DNA of 59,719 nucleotides from a virus (Duplodnaviria; Caudoviricetes): IMG/VR virus record IMGVR_UViG_3300025000_000111, positions 1 to 59,719 of that record; one strand, 5' to 3'. Shown piece by piece: positions 29,201 to 38,821 of this stretch (position 1 is its first letter; each line of letters starts with the position of its first letter). The notes under the pieces were generated by a model. It saw only the letters and a program-made list of their open reading frames with translations, ran no database searches and was not told where the DNA came from. The position numbers and the translations under genes were made by a program.

Positions 29201-29726
29201 CTTTAAACTCTTCCGCAGTGGCATTGGTTACAGCCTTAACCATTGTCATTGACTTCTCAAACTCTTTGATGGTATTGAATGTGGCTTTGATACCGTTCAA
29301 TACAGCATACGCACCAAATGTAGAAAGCAGTAAACTACGGAAATTTGACATCACTTGTGACATACTTAAAAAGGATATCTTGGTCTGTGCTACTAAATCC
29401 TTGGGTGCTTTGGTTAACTTATTGTATTCAATATTTAAACGCTTTAACTCTAAGGTAGCTTTCTTAATATCCTCAGTAGAAGCGGTATTGCTATGCTGTA
29501 ACTCCTTCTGAATCTTCATCTGGGCTGTAATCTGTGCTAACACACCCAGTTCACCACTTAACGCTTTCTGTTGTTTAGCGTACTGATTAGCAATATTCTC
29601 TGTAGTCATATTATTAACCCGTTCAATAGTCTTTTCCAGTTTAGCTGATGATTCATTCAACTTGTTTAAACCGTCAAGATATTGCTTGTATTTTAGGGTT
29701 AATGATTGTTCTATGTTATTTGCCAT
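26238..29726 (-). CDS. Tail tape measure protein (TP901-type domain)
   Basis: FEKSM..VKAVT.AT.EEF, GIKGSMAGTAMR, long coiled coil, FEKGG...GKRHSQGGV...EAEQGE. Confidence 0.92.
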   Translation of the reverse strand: MANNIEQSLTLKYKQYLDGLNKLNESSAKLEKTIERVNNMTTENIANQYAKQQKALSGELGVLAQITAQMKIQKELQHSNTASTEDIKKATLELKRLNIEYNKLTKAPKDLVAQTKISFLSMSQVMSNFRSLLLSTFGAYAVLNGIKATFNTIKEFEKSMTMVKAVTNATAEEFKALSNITRDLVRSGSIFDPKTIADAEVELSKLGFTANEIAVMIKPINDLAIATGEDLTQATEISTAAMRNFGLTASDLTKVIDVMGKAMNISALDISSWNEAAKYSTSVAAQLGWSIEDVASMMALLANNGIKGSMAGTAMRQMMLKLADSGSNLQKAMGGNITTFQDFIGGLERMKESGITLNEILKATDVRTSTAFAILESGVETLKSTRLAFDDVNGSIKQMAEINLVTLSSKIDILSASWKALILEFDQGNGTVSNIFKSSLDVLTDKLNELSLQEKYGFDLSRTFTQRIIQDKANIIKNVERNISESNTLAKKSYEDDIAALRESLLKKEITQEQFDSVRLNKHNELNDKLFKSSSALLESNLRTQLNLEIESSLKSKSESYVRAAEELLAYNTAILTNQANLSTSLSKKTNDELNMIYKTTVDNITRMSLEESKFEVELRKEKIIRDEINKILDNRAVDKKKVEETPEEKSKRISDLKKQYDLEHQIRLNAINADRALTNEQREMKLAIENSTYKERLYMLDANEAESLRLKEQYGELAKQQEQLLSKELLDIYEKYGTERLKIQQKNDNKLLESQKRTDKFEQELLRVTIDNLKKQLNEEIDPNEKRRITDLIFGAEYELELKVAQDEIDQIFNTIKARRDLIDSEVNKGKTVEEAAAFLGIDLDSMDELEKQLIIKMKRMGLITPEVQSPANKDIYSLLGIGKNLSDKDKELLQQSFDTVIDNYQRIADAAVQSAKVRVDAENRAVDELQQALETEIALAEAGFASNVTLKRKELEEQKVIRDQALKDQAEALKKQRAAQALSDAANLTSAIIQIIASEAKKGVIGIAVAAVGISGLLALVSGWKAKSAEIAASGNQFEKGGYKILGGKRHSQGGVSLGEMGEAEQGEMVSVFNRRATQKYGKNLAAFTDAVNKGSIDRDLVVNNTRVGNNNFTAKLDDRKLSDIHSVLEQVRDKETVVYNNGYKIIINGNRVRRVRTNG

Positions 29727-29973
29727 CTTCTGTACTTGTATTGGTAACTATTGTAAAGAACTCAAACACGTCAAGTCCTTTTAAATCATTGTATTGTATT
29801 CCAGTGTTCTTACTTATGTTTATCAATGTCTTAGCCCAAAATTCATTTAACTTCCTTATCGTAGTGTCGTAGTATTCTACTATTTCACTGCCACCAGCTT
29901 TGAAATATTTTCCGTGAACTCTTCGTAGGCGGTTGTAAAACCTTGTACTAAGCTGATGGCTAATGTAAAAAAA
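29716..29973 (-). CDS. Tail assembly chaperone -1 frameshift extension (gpT-like)
   Basis: Open -1 frame from slippery T TTT TTT (29967-29973) to the tape measure start. Confidence 0.65.
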   Translation of the reverse strand, partial: FFYISHQLSTRFYNRLRRVHGKYFKAGGSEIVEYYDTTIRKLNEFWAKTLINISKNTGIQYNDLKGLDVFEFFTIVTNTSTEDGK

Positions 29974-30356
29974 TCCTGCATATCGTAACCATCTTTCTTC
30001 CAAGCATCTATCTTGGATTTAGCCATTTCTTTATTCCAAGTAGTTCCGTCTTCACCTTCTTCATTTACGAACAAGGCACATATTTCCAGTGCCGGATGAA
30101 TCTTACCATCAACCCTCTCAGCAATACCGTTCATCAGGTTGTACAGTTTGATACCACTATCAAGAAACTTGTTACTATTCTGTAATGCGTATATTTCGTT
30201 CAGCTTGTCAAATACCTGTTTGAATGATAGGTTAAAACCCATTGAGTTCTGTAACCGTTCATACTCCATGAACCTTTCAATACACAGGCTCTCGCCCATG
30301 TAGAACTTTCTTCCATCTGCTTCAAAATACGAAGCCTCAAAATCAATCTTCTTCAT
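29880..30356 (-). CDS. Tail assembly chaperone (gpG-like)
   Basis: Upstream of tape measure with overlapping -1 ORF; DFF slippery codons. Confidence 0.65.
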   Translation of the reverse strand: MKKIDFEASYFEADGRKFYMGESLCIERFMEYERLQNSMGFNLSFKQVFDKLNEIYALQNSNKFLDSGIKLYNLMNGIAERVDGKIHPALEICALFVNEEGEDGTTWNKEMAKSKIDAWKKDGYDMQDFFTLAISLVQGFTTAYEEFTENISKLVAVK

Positions 30357-30636
30357 CCCTTAAAAATGTGTTAAATATATGTATAAAAAATATTGTCAAA
30401 GAAATATAACCAATGTGCCAAAATAAATTATAGTCATCAGTGATAAATGGATAAGCCCATAACATTGTGAAGCCAGACAAACAGTATTCACACGACACTA
30501 ACTTATTTAACTTGGACACTTTTCTTGTCCAACTGTCCAACTTCAAATAAAATCCATTCATAATCATATCGGGCTCTGACGTGATATGGATGTAAACCCA
30601 CATTGTAATGGCTATGAATAACGATTCTAATATCAT
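30343..30636 (-). CDS. Small membrane protein with CEYC motif
   Basis: Hydrophobic; LVSCEYCLSGF. Confidence 0.6.
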   Translation of the reverse strand: MILESLFIAITMWVYIHITSEPDMIMNGFYLKLDSWTRKVSKLNKLVSCEYCLSGFTMLWAYPFITDDYNLFWHIGYISLTIFFIHIFNTFLRDEED

Positions 30637-30640
30637 AATG

Positions 30641-30675
30641 CAAAAATAAACAATGAATAACTAATTAAAAATCAT
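30641..30675 (-). promoter_or_regulatory. Class II promoter ATGATTTT-N19-TATTTTTG
   Basis: Motif match. Confidence 0.75.
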
Positions 30676-30681
30676 ATACAA

Positions 30682-31260
30682 TTAACAAACTAAAGGGTTA
30701 TCATTAACCGTTACGCAAAATGGTTTAAGCCTATACACTATATTCAATCCTATACTAACATAGTCATACGGGTACTTAGTGTACTGCATTCCATCCTTAT
30801 AGTCGTATTTATCGAATACAGAGCCATCTTTAATATCTTTACTTGTTACAGTAATATATACACTATTATCTGATGAAAGTCGCTGTGGTAGATTGTCAAG
30901 TATGTCAGCGAAGATGTATTCAGCGTTCTTCATCTCCTGATCTATCTTCTTATAGTTGAACCAGCATATAAGTGTAAGGCTGGCTTCCATTTCAGCGCCT
31001 CTGGTCTTATTGTATTCGTTACAGACATTGCTTTCTAATTCAAAGTATATCATTGACTTCTTGGATGAATCCGGTATCATATTAATGTAATCACCTGTTA
31101 CACAGGAAAGTTCATCCTTTAACAGATACACAGGGAAAGTAATCTCATTGCCGTCTTTATCCATTATCTTCATTTCGGTCACTATACCAACCGATACATC
31201 ACCCCAAGCCAAGTTTGCCTTTAAAGTGGCTGCTAAACTGTCAACTATTGTTTCAATCAT
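30682..31260 (-). CDS. Putative tail terminator/completion protein
   Basis: Position and size. Confidence 0.5.
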   Translation of the reverse strand: MIETIVDSLAATLKANLAWGDVSVGIVTEMKIMDKDGNEITFPVYLLKDELSCVTGDYINMIPDSSKKSMIYFELESNVCNEYNKTRGAEMEASLTLICWFNYKKIDQEMKNAEYIFADILDNLPQRLSSDNSVYITVTSKDIKDGSVFDKYDYKDGMQYTKYPYDYVSIGLNIVYRLKPFCVTVNDNPLVC

Positions 31261-31751
31261 TTTGCAAGTATTTTTTTTAATTCTCTGTTTACTCTTTTGT
31301 CAATTCGTTTCATTGTATCGGACAGTTCCCTTTCTGTTGGATTTGTTATAAAGTCTTCACCAAGTTGTTCCTGTTGTGTCAGTTTCCTTACAATGGTTTC
31401 ATAAGTCTTACCGTCTTTATTCCGACCGTCCAGTTTAACTGACTGGAATACTGTTACCGATTCTGGTGTAGTTTCAGACCGTTGTGGGGATAAGGAATTA
31501 AACAGACCACCGCTAAAGGTTAAGTCCTTGAATCCTATTTGTAGCCCAGCACGTTCCCTTTTACCTTTCCAGTTTCTTGGATGTCCTTTCTCTGAGTAGT
31601 TTGAAAACTTATCATTCTTGGCATTCTTTCCAGTTACACGTACTCTTTTCCTTATCCTATCTGTCAGTGTTACAGATTCTTCCCAAAGTATTTGTTCAAT
31701 AACACTTGGTAAATCATTGATAGTAGCACTGAATTTATCAGATAATTTCAT
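31257..31751 (-). CDS. Putative neck/tail-completion (virion morphogenesis) protein
   Basis: YS......KR..AGLQ....DLTFSG.L..SL motif. Confidence 0.65.
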   Translation of the reverse strand: MKLSDKFSATINDLPSVIEQILWEESVTLTDRIRKRVRVTGKNAKNDKFSNYSEKGHPRNWKGKRERAGLQIGFKDLTFSGGLFNSLSPQRSETTPESVTVFQSVKLDGRNKDGKTYETIVRKLTQQEQLGEDFITNPTERELSDTMKRIDKRVNRELKKILAK

Positions 31752-31756
31752 ACCGC

Positions 31757-31832
31757 CAAAAATAGAATATAGTGGCTAATAATAAAAATATGATAAATTA
31801 CTTGACAAAAGCAATAGGATGTGTTATCTTTG
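31757..31832. promoter_or_regulatory. Divergent promoter pair 1 (class II minus 31757-31792; class I plus 31802-31832)
   Basis: Both motifs back to back. Confidence 0.8.
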
Positions 31833-31852
31833 TAACCTAAACAATTAATAAA

Positions 31853-32507
31853 ATGAAAAAGGATAATATTTTCTACGATGATTTCACATTGGAAAGAATA
31901 TCCAATAATGCCCAATGGATTTACGAACATTTGTCAACAGGGGAAAAAATCGTGTTTAATGAACAATGGCTTGCAGTTATAAAAAATCTATGTTTACAAG
32001 CATCAACTAAAAATAAATTATAATTATGACTAAAGAAAGATACCGTTTTGGGATTAGCTGCAAAAGCCAGTTCGACATCTGTAATGATGTATACATCTAT
32101 GCCGCAACAGCAGAAGAGGCTTGGGATAAGTTTATAGCCGATAAAGGCAAAGCAAGATATACCTTCGTAACAATCAAGAAGTTAACTAAGAACCTGTGGC
32201 ATCCGTATGATGCTTGTAACAATCAGTAGATATGGTAAAGTTAAAAAGCAGTATAAACAAGACTGATGTTTTACGTAAATTACGTAAAGAAGCTGAAATA
32301 GGTTATGAAAAATCATGGGAGAAAGAATATGCCTTAGAGTACTTCATGAAAGGAGTTGAACGTACTTTCAAAGAATTAACCTTACAAAGACAGCTTCCAT
32401 ATATAGAATCTCCTGTTAAAGATTTTGGGGATGCAAATCCACACTTATTACTTAAATTTTATACCGAGGAAACTACTTATGGTGGGTCAATTCCTGATAC
32501 CGCCTAA
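31853..32507 (+). other. Plus-strand island 1: ORFs 31853-32023, 32026-32229, 32232-32507
   Basis: Small ORFs; the last overlaps the stop of 32487-33599. Confidence 0.7.
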
Positions 32508-33599
32508 TCGCATTCCCCACTTGTCTTTACACATATAACAGTCATTGAACTTAAATTCAAGGTTCTCTATAATGTACTGTATCATAGTGCTGTAACGCTC
32601 ATTGTAGTAAAGTATAACGGCTGCTTTTTCTTCCCTGTTAATCATTGTGGGTCTATTTATAATATCAGCCCTCAATAATTTATTTATAACCATAGAGGCA
32701 GCCTTATACCTGATTGCATGGGCAATAGCCATTGCAAGCGGGTTATCATCAAAGCTGATTACATTTTGGCATACTATGTCATTCGATACACAGCCAAACT
32801 CTACTGACAGCGTTAAGCCATTCATATAGTTGTTTGTGGTTGTATTTATATCAGTCCAATCAACGTCACTGGCTACATTCAATCCTCCAACCATCACCCA
32901 TTCCGCCCATCCCATCTGTCCACCTGTCTGGCTGTTGAAGTATGGGTTCATTGTGTTATAGATGGCTCTGAAACTTCCACAAGTACTGCATTTAACCTGA
33001 TTGTCTTTTGGTATCATTCCGGCTACTTTAGTGTAGTAGATAAAGTATTCTAAGTTCTCTGCATACTCATTGTGTAACGGCAGTGTCAGGTTAACAGTTG
33101 TTAAAGTATGTTGGTTGGCAATAGCAGCCACTGTAACGGTATCTACAATTTCTCCGAGGTTATTTACAATAGTCAAATCAACATTACCGGATTGTCCGAA
33201 CAGTGTACCTATCTTATTAATCTTCATATAGCCTGATACAATGTCAGCACAGAATATCCGTAGTCCTGCATACCTTCCGTCAGCAATATTCAAAGCTGTC
33301 TTGTAGGTTGGTTTACCGATAGCACCATTGAAGTGTTTTCTCTTTACAGTGAAGTCATTCAGTATCGTACTATTGAAGTCCGCAAGAAATTCAATATTTG
33401 CATCATCTAAACTCCGTAAGGCTATCTCAGACACATCATCACCGTTTTGACAGTCTATCAGCCCGAATATATCTGACATTTCTACCAGTCCATCCAAGTA
33501 TAATCCAGAACTGGATTCCGTTGCTTCCGTTCCAAGACAATCGCATGCTTTAGGGGTGACTCCAATTATACCATCAAGGCAATAAGTAATAGTAGACAT
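32487..33599 (-). CDS. Putative head-tail adaptor / structural protein (Cys-rich)
   Basis: Directly downstream of capsid; SSSGLYLDGL N terminus. Confidence 0.55.
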   Translation of the reverse strand: MSTITYCLDGIIGVTPKACDCLGTEATESSSGLYLDGLVEMSDIFGLIDCQNGDDVSEIALRSLDDANIEFLADFNSTILNDFTVKRKHFNGAIGKPTYKTALNIADGRYAGLRIFCADIVSGYMKINKIGTLFGQSGNVDLTIVNNLGEIVDTVTVAAIANQHTLTTVNLTLPLHNEYAENLEYFIYYTKVAGMIPKDNQVKCSTCGSFRAIYNTMNPYFNSQTGGQMGWAEWVMVGGLNVASDVDWTDINTTTNNYMNGLTLSVEFGCVSNDIVCQNVISFDDNPLAMAIAHAIRYKAASMVINKLLRADIINRPTMINREEKAAVILYYNERYSTMIQYIIENLEFKFNDCYMCKDKWGMRLGGIRN

Positions 33600-33618
33600 A
33601 TTTTATATTTTTATGTCG

Positions 33619-33653
33619 CAAAAATAGGATATATGTGGAACAGATAAAATAAT
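33619..33653 (-). promoter_or_regulatory. Class II promoter ATTATTTT-N19-TATTTTTG
   Basis: Motif match; nearly identical to 45344-45378. Confidence 0.8.
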
Positions 33654-33739
33654 TATAGATTTTATCATTCACTAACTGCCATTATACCTGTTAACGTATA
33701 ATATGTTATTCACTAATGGATTTATATGTTATAGGGTAT

Positions 33740-33773
33740 AAAAAAACCACTACCCCAGTTAAGGAATAGTGGT
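33740..33773 (-). terminator. Rho-independent terminator after major capsid gene
   Basis: ACCACTATTCC/GGGGTAGTGGT stem plus T7. Confidence 0.85.
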
Positions 33774-33793
33774 CTCTGTTATTTAGAATGGTT

Positions 33794-34798
33794 CTATCCA
33801 CACACGTATTTTAGGATTCCCGTGTTGGTAGCCAGACATCCAGCTGGATTAAGGAATAGGTCAGCCTTGAGTTTCATCTTAAAGTTATGGATAACCTTAT
33901 CGTTAGTACCGCATTCTGGTTTGTAAAATACGTCATAAACTAATCCACTGAACTTACTACGCATAGTGTAACGTGTGAATACTCCGTTGACAACCTGTGG
34001 GGTGTCAGGGTTATAAGCCTTGTTAGCAAATGCGATAGCACCAGTGTTAATCATATAGGTTGTTGGCTCACCATTGACAGTGTCGATATTGAACAAATCA
34101 AAGTATGTTGGGATAGTACCGAACAATACTGGGTCACCTTTACCATTAGCGTTACCAGCTTTAGCGGCAGCTAAGAAGATTTGCTCATACAGGTTAAATC
34201 CAGACAACAGGATAGGGTTATCAAACTTGTTAATAACGGCTGCTGTGTTAAAGTAAGCCATTAAGTCTGCATTCCAGTAAGCGGCTGCAATGGATGTTTC
34301 AGTTCCGGCAACAACACCTTTACCACCAGTGTATTCATTCACACCAAGGAAAGTGTTAACACGGGAAATAGCGTATGTAGCAAGGTTTTCTGTGAGTTTC
34401 TTATCACCAGTCAAAAGTAACTTAGCAATAGACTCTTCCATATCAAAACGGTTGTCAACGAAATCGCTTTCATCAACAGTGAATCCCCATGATCTTTCAT
34501 AGGTAAGTGCGTACTCTTCTACGTTGGTTGACGATTTAATGCCGCCTAATTCGCAGGATGTGTTTTCTTCAATAGTCCCTTCACACACATTCATCCATTC
34601 AACTACAACATCAAAATCCTTTTTAGAGGCTGACATCTGTGAAAAAACTCTTGCGTTCTGAATGTTCTGTAATACCGTTAAGACCTCTGCACGAGGAATA
34701 AATTGCTGTTTGATACGATCATCAAACATAATCTGGTCGGCTCTAACGATTTGATCCAATAATAGGGTCTCATCGAAGCTCCCTGAAACTGTACTCAT
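33794..34798 (-). CDS. Major capsid protein
   Basis: 334 aa after scaffold; own promoter and terminator; ends TNTGILKYVCG. Confidence 0.75.
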   Translation of the reverse strand: MSTVSGSFDETLLLDQIVRADQIMFDDRIKQQFIPRAEVLTVLQNIQNARVFSQMSASKKDFDVVVEWMNVCEGTIEENTSCELGGIKSSTNVEEYALTYERSWGFTVDESDFVDNRFDMEESIAKLLLTGDKKLTENLATYAISRVNTFLGVNEYTGGKGVVAGTETSIAAAYWNADLMAYFNTAAVINKFDNPILLSGFNLYEQIFLAAAKAGNANGKGDPVLFGTIPTYFDLFNIDTVNGEPTTYMINTGAIAFANKAYNPDTPQVVNGVFTRYTMRSKFSGLVYDVFYKPECGTNDKVIHNFKMKLKADLFLNPAGCLATNTGILKYVCG

Positions 34799-34897
34799 AA
34801 TATTTTAGTTTATTTAAAGGGTTAAAATCCGCATCTACTTTTATACAGGAAGTAGCAAACCCCTCATTCCATTTAAGATATGGACAACTTTGAAAAG

Positions 34898-34976
34898 CAA
34901 AAATAACTAATTGAATAAGCGAAAAAAAATATTAATAAAAAAGACTTGACAAAGCTGGCATAATGTTGTATGTTTG
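34898..34976. promoter_or_regulatory. Divergent promoter pair 2 (class II minus 34898-34933; class I plus 34946-34976)
   Basis: Both motifs back to back. Confidence 0.8.
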
Positions 34977-34992
34977 TGAGAAAAAAAATAAA

Positions 34993-35425
34993 ATGAAACA
35001 CAGATTATCACCCTTCGACATTACGTCTAACACTCCTCATTTTTTTTATAATAAAGAGTTGTGTGATACCATTAGGGATATTGTAATAAATAGCGTAACA
35101 TCAATTGAAGATGCTGAGTTATATATGGAACACTCAAAAAATTACGAGAGAGATTGTTTTATAATTAAAAAACTATCCAACGTAGGAATGAGTAGGTCTA
35201 ATATCCTGCGTATTATTATAGCGTTAAATCTTGATTAATATAATGAAAAAACCACTATTAGACGAATATGACAGGATGCTTATGAGGTTTCATCCACATA
35301 TAATGTACACTGATGGGCTAAGGATATTCCCTGCGAGAAAACGATTACAGAAGGAAATTGATAGATCATTGTCCAGTTTATTAGATAAATTACTGGACAT
35401 AAAAAAAGCCGTAACAGTTAAGTAA
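34993..35425 (+). other. Plus-strand island 2: ORFs ~34993-35238 and ~35243-35425
   Basis: Small ORFs downstream of class I promoter. Confidence 0.65.
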
Positions 35426-35434
35426 CGGCTCTTT
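35401..35434 (-). terminator. Terminator after scaffold gene (possibly bidirectional)
   Basis: AGCCGT/ACGGCT stem with T7 on the minus strand. Confidence 0.75.
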
Positions 35435-35453
35435 CATTGTGTTAACCTACTGG

Positions 35454-36314
35454 TTATTTGTTTGCCTGTTCGTATGCAGCCTTTATAGCAACACGCTTCT
35501 GAGGGTCTTTCTCCGCTACAATCATCTTCATGTATTCTTCCTTGTTCCTTGCTATTGGAACTGATACACCACCACTACCACTGTTACCGCTTGACTGTCT
35601 GTAAGTCTGCTGGTTGATAACGAAGTTACCTTCAATGGTATCTTTCACTAAGTTCTCAAATGACAGTGCATTACCGTGTGCATCCTGAACACGTTTACCA
35701 TCTTTCACGGGCACTGGATAATCACCTTCAAATTCATAGTCATATTTATTAAACTCTGATAGGAACGTCTGTTTACGCTTATTAGCAATAACAGGATTAT
35801 CTTCAATCTGTGGCTTAGATTTATCCAGCATTTCAAGTGCCTTGTTGTGAATCTTAGACATCATGTTACTTCTTTCTAAACCAGTCTTAAACTGTTCAAA
35901 ATCAGTGACAACCTTGTTATACTCGTCTTTCTTCACTGTGCTTCTTTCTAATTCCAAGTAAGCCGGATGTTTTCTAACATCATCAATGTTTAGGGTGGTC
36001 TTAGCCTGTTTACCGATAAACTCTTCAATCAGGTCAAGTCCCTGTGCATCTGAGTTATAGTTAAACTTCTGTTTGAACTGTTTCTCAACGTCTGTCATGG
36101 TTTCAGCAGTGCCTTTCTTATAGCCATTGTTAAAACCTGTTCCATCCGCTTCTTTCCTGATACGTCTTACACGGTCAGCATCCTGTGATAGTAAGGCATC
36201 TAAAGCATCACTCTTTAGTTCCCCCGTCTGATCGTAAATGAGTTGCTCTAACTCTTGGTCTGTTTTCACCAACGCTTTCGTCAAAACTCCGAATAACAAA
36301 TCCTTTTCCTTCAT
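35454..36314 (-). CDS. Capsid scaffolding protein
   Basis: Coiled-coil, Gly/Ser linker SSGNSGSGG near C terminus, upstream of capsid. Confidence 0.7.
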   Translation of the reverse strand: MKEKDLLFGVLTKALVKTDQELEQLIYDQTGELKSDALDALLSQDADRVRRIRKEADGTGFNNGYKKGTAETMTDVEKQFKQKFNYNSDAQGLDLIEEFIGKQAKTTLNIDDVRKHPAYLELERSTVKKDEYNKVVTDFEQFKTGLERSNMMSKIHNKALEMLDKSKPQIEDNPVIANKRKQTFLSEFNKYDYEFEGDYPVPVKDGKRVQDAHGNALSFENLVKDTIEGNFVINQQTYRQSSGNSGSGGVSVPIARNKEEYMKMIVAEKDPQKRVAIKAAYEQANK

Positions 36315-36980
36315 CTCGTTTTTCTATTTTTTTAGCTTTAATAATTATTTCATTGACATTAACTTTTTCCTCTTCCCAGATTCTACCATGTCCCATCTGT
36401 TTCAGTTCCTGCCACTTATCGTCACTTAGGCTGACGCTTTCTCCGGTCTGTTTGTTTCTTAACTGGATCACTTTTAATTGGTTTAGGTTTAACAATTCTC
36501 TCAGGGTGTTCAATTGGTTTAACCTCTTTGTATTCAGCCAACTCAAACGGAACTACCTTCACCGCTTTAATCTCAATCGGTTCATCAGGTTCTGTAAGAC
36601 TTTTCCAGTCTTTACCCATAGTCTTGGATAAGTGTTCAATCATCTGTGCTGAGAACTTAACTATCCTACCATCTTTTCTATTTATGTATCTACCCTCTTT
36701 CATTTACGCTTTTGTTTACGTTGAAAAATTCATATTCTCTAATCTGGATATAGTTGTTATACTTCTCCAAACTTCTGTGGTATGACGCCATTATAATATC
36801 AACAGCCAAATCATCTTCTTCCATTCCGAAATTCTTCTGGAACATCATTGCTACTTCCTGTAACTTGATGGTGGTGATACAATCCCTTACGCCTGTAAAA
36901 TAGGCAAAAATATAATCGTCAAGTTTATCCTGACGGAAAATATCTGGGTACGAATAAAACAACTTCTTTCTCTTAGCCAT
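36208..36980 (-). other. Three small overlapping late ORFs (36690-36980, 36422-36703, 36208-~36471)
   Basis: Coupled ORFs between the GT2 and scaffold genes. Confidence 0.55.
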
Positions 36981-37647
36981 TATTCCATAGTTTAATTACT
37001 TCATTATTAAATTTCTCCTTTTGTTCCCGTGTCAAAAAGTGTTTATCTTTTGGTCTTCTCTGGTTTAATGTATGTGATAGTAAGTGAGTTACAAAACTGT
37101 TACATACTATACCGTGTTTTATATTTTCTCTTTTAAGTTGTTCTGCATAAATGTTATCTGAATACCAGAACGATACAGCCTCATTTAACTTACCAATACT
37201 GTTCAGTGTTTCTCTTGTCAGGCATATACACCATCCGGCTAATTCGTGTTCTGTTCTGTAACCTGTGTGTATCTTTGAATCCATTTGAAACATATTCTTG
37301 TGATGTCTTATACAGTATGGAGAAAGGCTACCAACACCGTAACTAAATCCGATTATAATCCCAGCCTGCCAGTCTTTATGAAAGATGAGATCATTATTAG
37401 CCAGACATATGAATTCAGCATTCGACTCTTGAAGACCATAGTTTAGGCATTTGTTATAATTGAAATCAAAATCATAATGCAAAGTTAAGGTATTTTCGTA
37501 ATTTACCGTTTCTTGTTTTTCAACCACTATAATCTTCTGCTCAACAGCATCTAACTTATTAAGCAGTAATGATTTAACACACTCTTCCGTAACCGTTTTA
37601 TTACTGTTGTTATAGGCATCGCTAACTATGATAATATCAAATGTCAT
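36973..37647 (-). CDS. Glycosyltransferase family 2 (start corrected to 37647)
   Basis: DIIIVS, FNYNKCLNYG, LANND, LAGWC, FWYSDN. Confidence 0.8.
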   Translation of the reverse strand: MTFDIIIVSDAYNNSNKTVTEECVKSLLLNKLDAVEQKIIVVEKQETVNYENTLTLHYDFDFNYNKCLNYGLQESNAEFICLANNDLIFHKDWQAGIIIGFSYGVGSLSPYCIRHHKNMFQMDSKIHTGYRTEHELAGWCICLTRETLNSIGKLNEAVSFWYSDNIYAEQLKRENIKHGIVCNSFVTHLLSHTLNQRRPKDKHFLTREQKEKFNNEVIKLWNNG

Positions 37648-37650
37648 ACC

Positions 37651-37727
37651 TAAAAATAGATAATCTATGATTATTAAAAAATAATGAATAAAAAACTTGA
37701 CAATGGTTAAATATTGTTGTACATTTG
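37651..37727. promoter_or_regulatory. Divergent promoter pair 3 (class II minus 37651-37685; class I plus 37697-37727)
   Basis: Both motifs back to back. Confidence 0.85.
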
Positions 37728-37793
37728 TATAACGTTTTGCGTGTATACCCAGTTGGGGATTATTTAGTAGTAACTTGATTAAAAGCAATACAG

Positions 37794-38189
37794 ATGAATA
37801 ACTTACAAAACAATCAAAAAAGCGATGCGCCCCCAATTGGGTATGACACGCTGTTACCAGCAGTTTTTGTTGGTCAAATTTTATTCCGAGAAATTAATAC
37901 TCGTTATGAAAAAGCAATTACTGAACATACCGTAACTAAAATTGGTAAAAAATATTTTGAATGCTCTGATTTGAGAGATAAGATTACTATCTCAAATTTA
38001 AAACATGAAGATAATGTTTACTCTCAAAGGAACTATCAAATGTATCGCTCAAAACAAGAAATATTAGATAAAAACGAAATGAATAGTTTATTCCAAAAGA
38101 TTAAACAATCATTTAGCGACTACAACCACAATGGAAATTTCACAATAGAACAACTTCGCAATATTGCGGATATTGTCGGGTGTCGTTAA
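37794..38189 (+). CDS. Cassette ORF 1 (beta-barrel-like hypothetical)
   Basis: Starts inside hairpin 1; VTKIGKKYF motif. Confidence 0.7.
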   Translation: MNNLQNNQKSDAPPIGYDTLLPAVFVGQILFREINTRYEKAITEHTVTKIGKKYFECSDLRDKITISNLKHEDNVYSQRNYQMYRSKQEILDKNEMNSLFQKIKQSFSDYNHNGNFTIEQLRNIADIVGCR

Positions 38190-38263
38190 AATGGCTTATA
38201 ACGGTTCTCGGCTAAACTGCGTTGCCGTATAAAATGCAGTTCACTTTCAAAAATACGACAAAC

Positions 38264-38488
38264 ATGGAAAATAGCAATGACGTTCAAAATCCAACTAATG
38301 TAGGCAATGAAGTTTTAGCCGATGTTAGTTGCCGTACTTTCATTGATTTTTTAAGAAAAAACGGATATGAAATTAAAAAGGCAAACCCAAGACATAGACC
38401 AGGAGAAGGTTACTCACCAGCACCATATTACGGTGATGTAAATATTGATAGTGCCATAGAACATTTTGTCAAGCAGTATGGCAACTAA
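38264..38488 (+). CDS. Cassette ORF 2
   Basis: MENSNDVQNPTNVGNEVLADVSCR... starts inside hairpin 2; its stop TAA is the next TAAC. Confidence 0.65.
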   Translation: MENSNDVQNPTNVGNEVLADVSCRTFIDFLRKNGYEIKKANPRHRPGEGYSPAPYYGDVNIDSAIEHFVKQYGN

Positions 38489-38530
38489 CGTGCCGAGTGT
38501 AAACGTCAGTAAATTAAAATTATAGCACAA

Positions 38531-38821
38531 ATGACAAAAGAAGAGTTAGCAAAGTGGCTTCACGATAATTATGAAGCTGTTGCAAAAGAACAAGATTGGA
38601 ATACACAACAAAGTTGTAAGGTAGAATTTGACACTTTGCCTAATGCTAATAAACACACAATGATTGAGATAGCAAATAGGCTTCTTAATTTTAATTTATT
38701 GCGTTTACACTTTGTTGTAGGGCGAAGCGAACAGTATTGCGAACACGCAGTAACTGACCAAAAAACACTGAGATGTACTTGCTGCGAAGAATGTGGCGAA
38801 ATACTCGATGTGCTTGATTGA
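38531..38821 (+). CDS. Cassette ORF 3 (C-terminal Zn-ribbon-like)
   Basis: N-terminal 60 aa encoded within hairpin 3; YCEH...CTCCEECG after the site. Confidence 0.7.
   Translation: MTKEELAKWLHDNYEAVAKEQDWNTQQSCKVEFDTLPNANKHTMIEIANRLLNFNLLRLHFVVGRSEQYCEHAVTDQKTLRCTCCEECGEILDVLD

Noticed and set aside
28711..29511. 266-aa plus-strand ORF and the many other antisense ORFs in the track
   Set aside because: Shadow frames of real genes; no promoter or motif support
33690..33720. XerC/D dif site (CGTATAA...TTAT)
   Set aside because: XerD arm TTATGTTAAAT is absent and spacing does not fit
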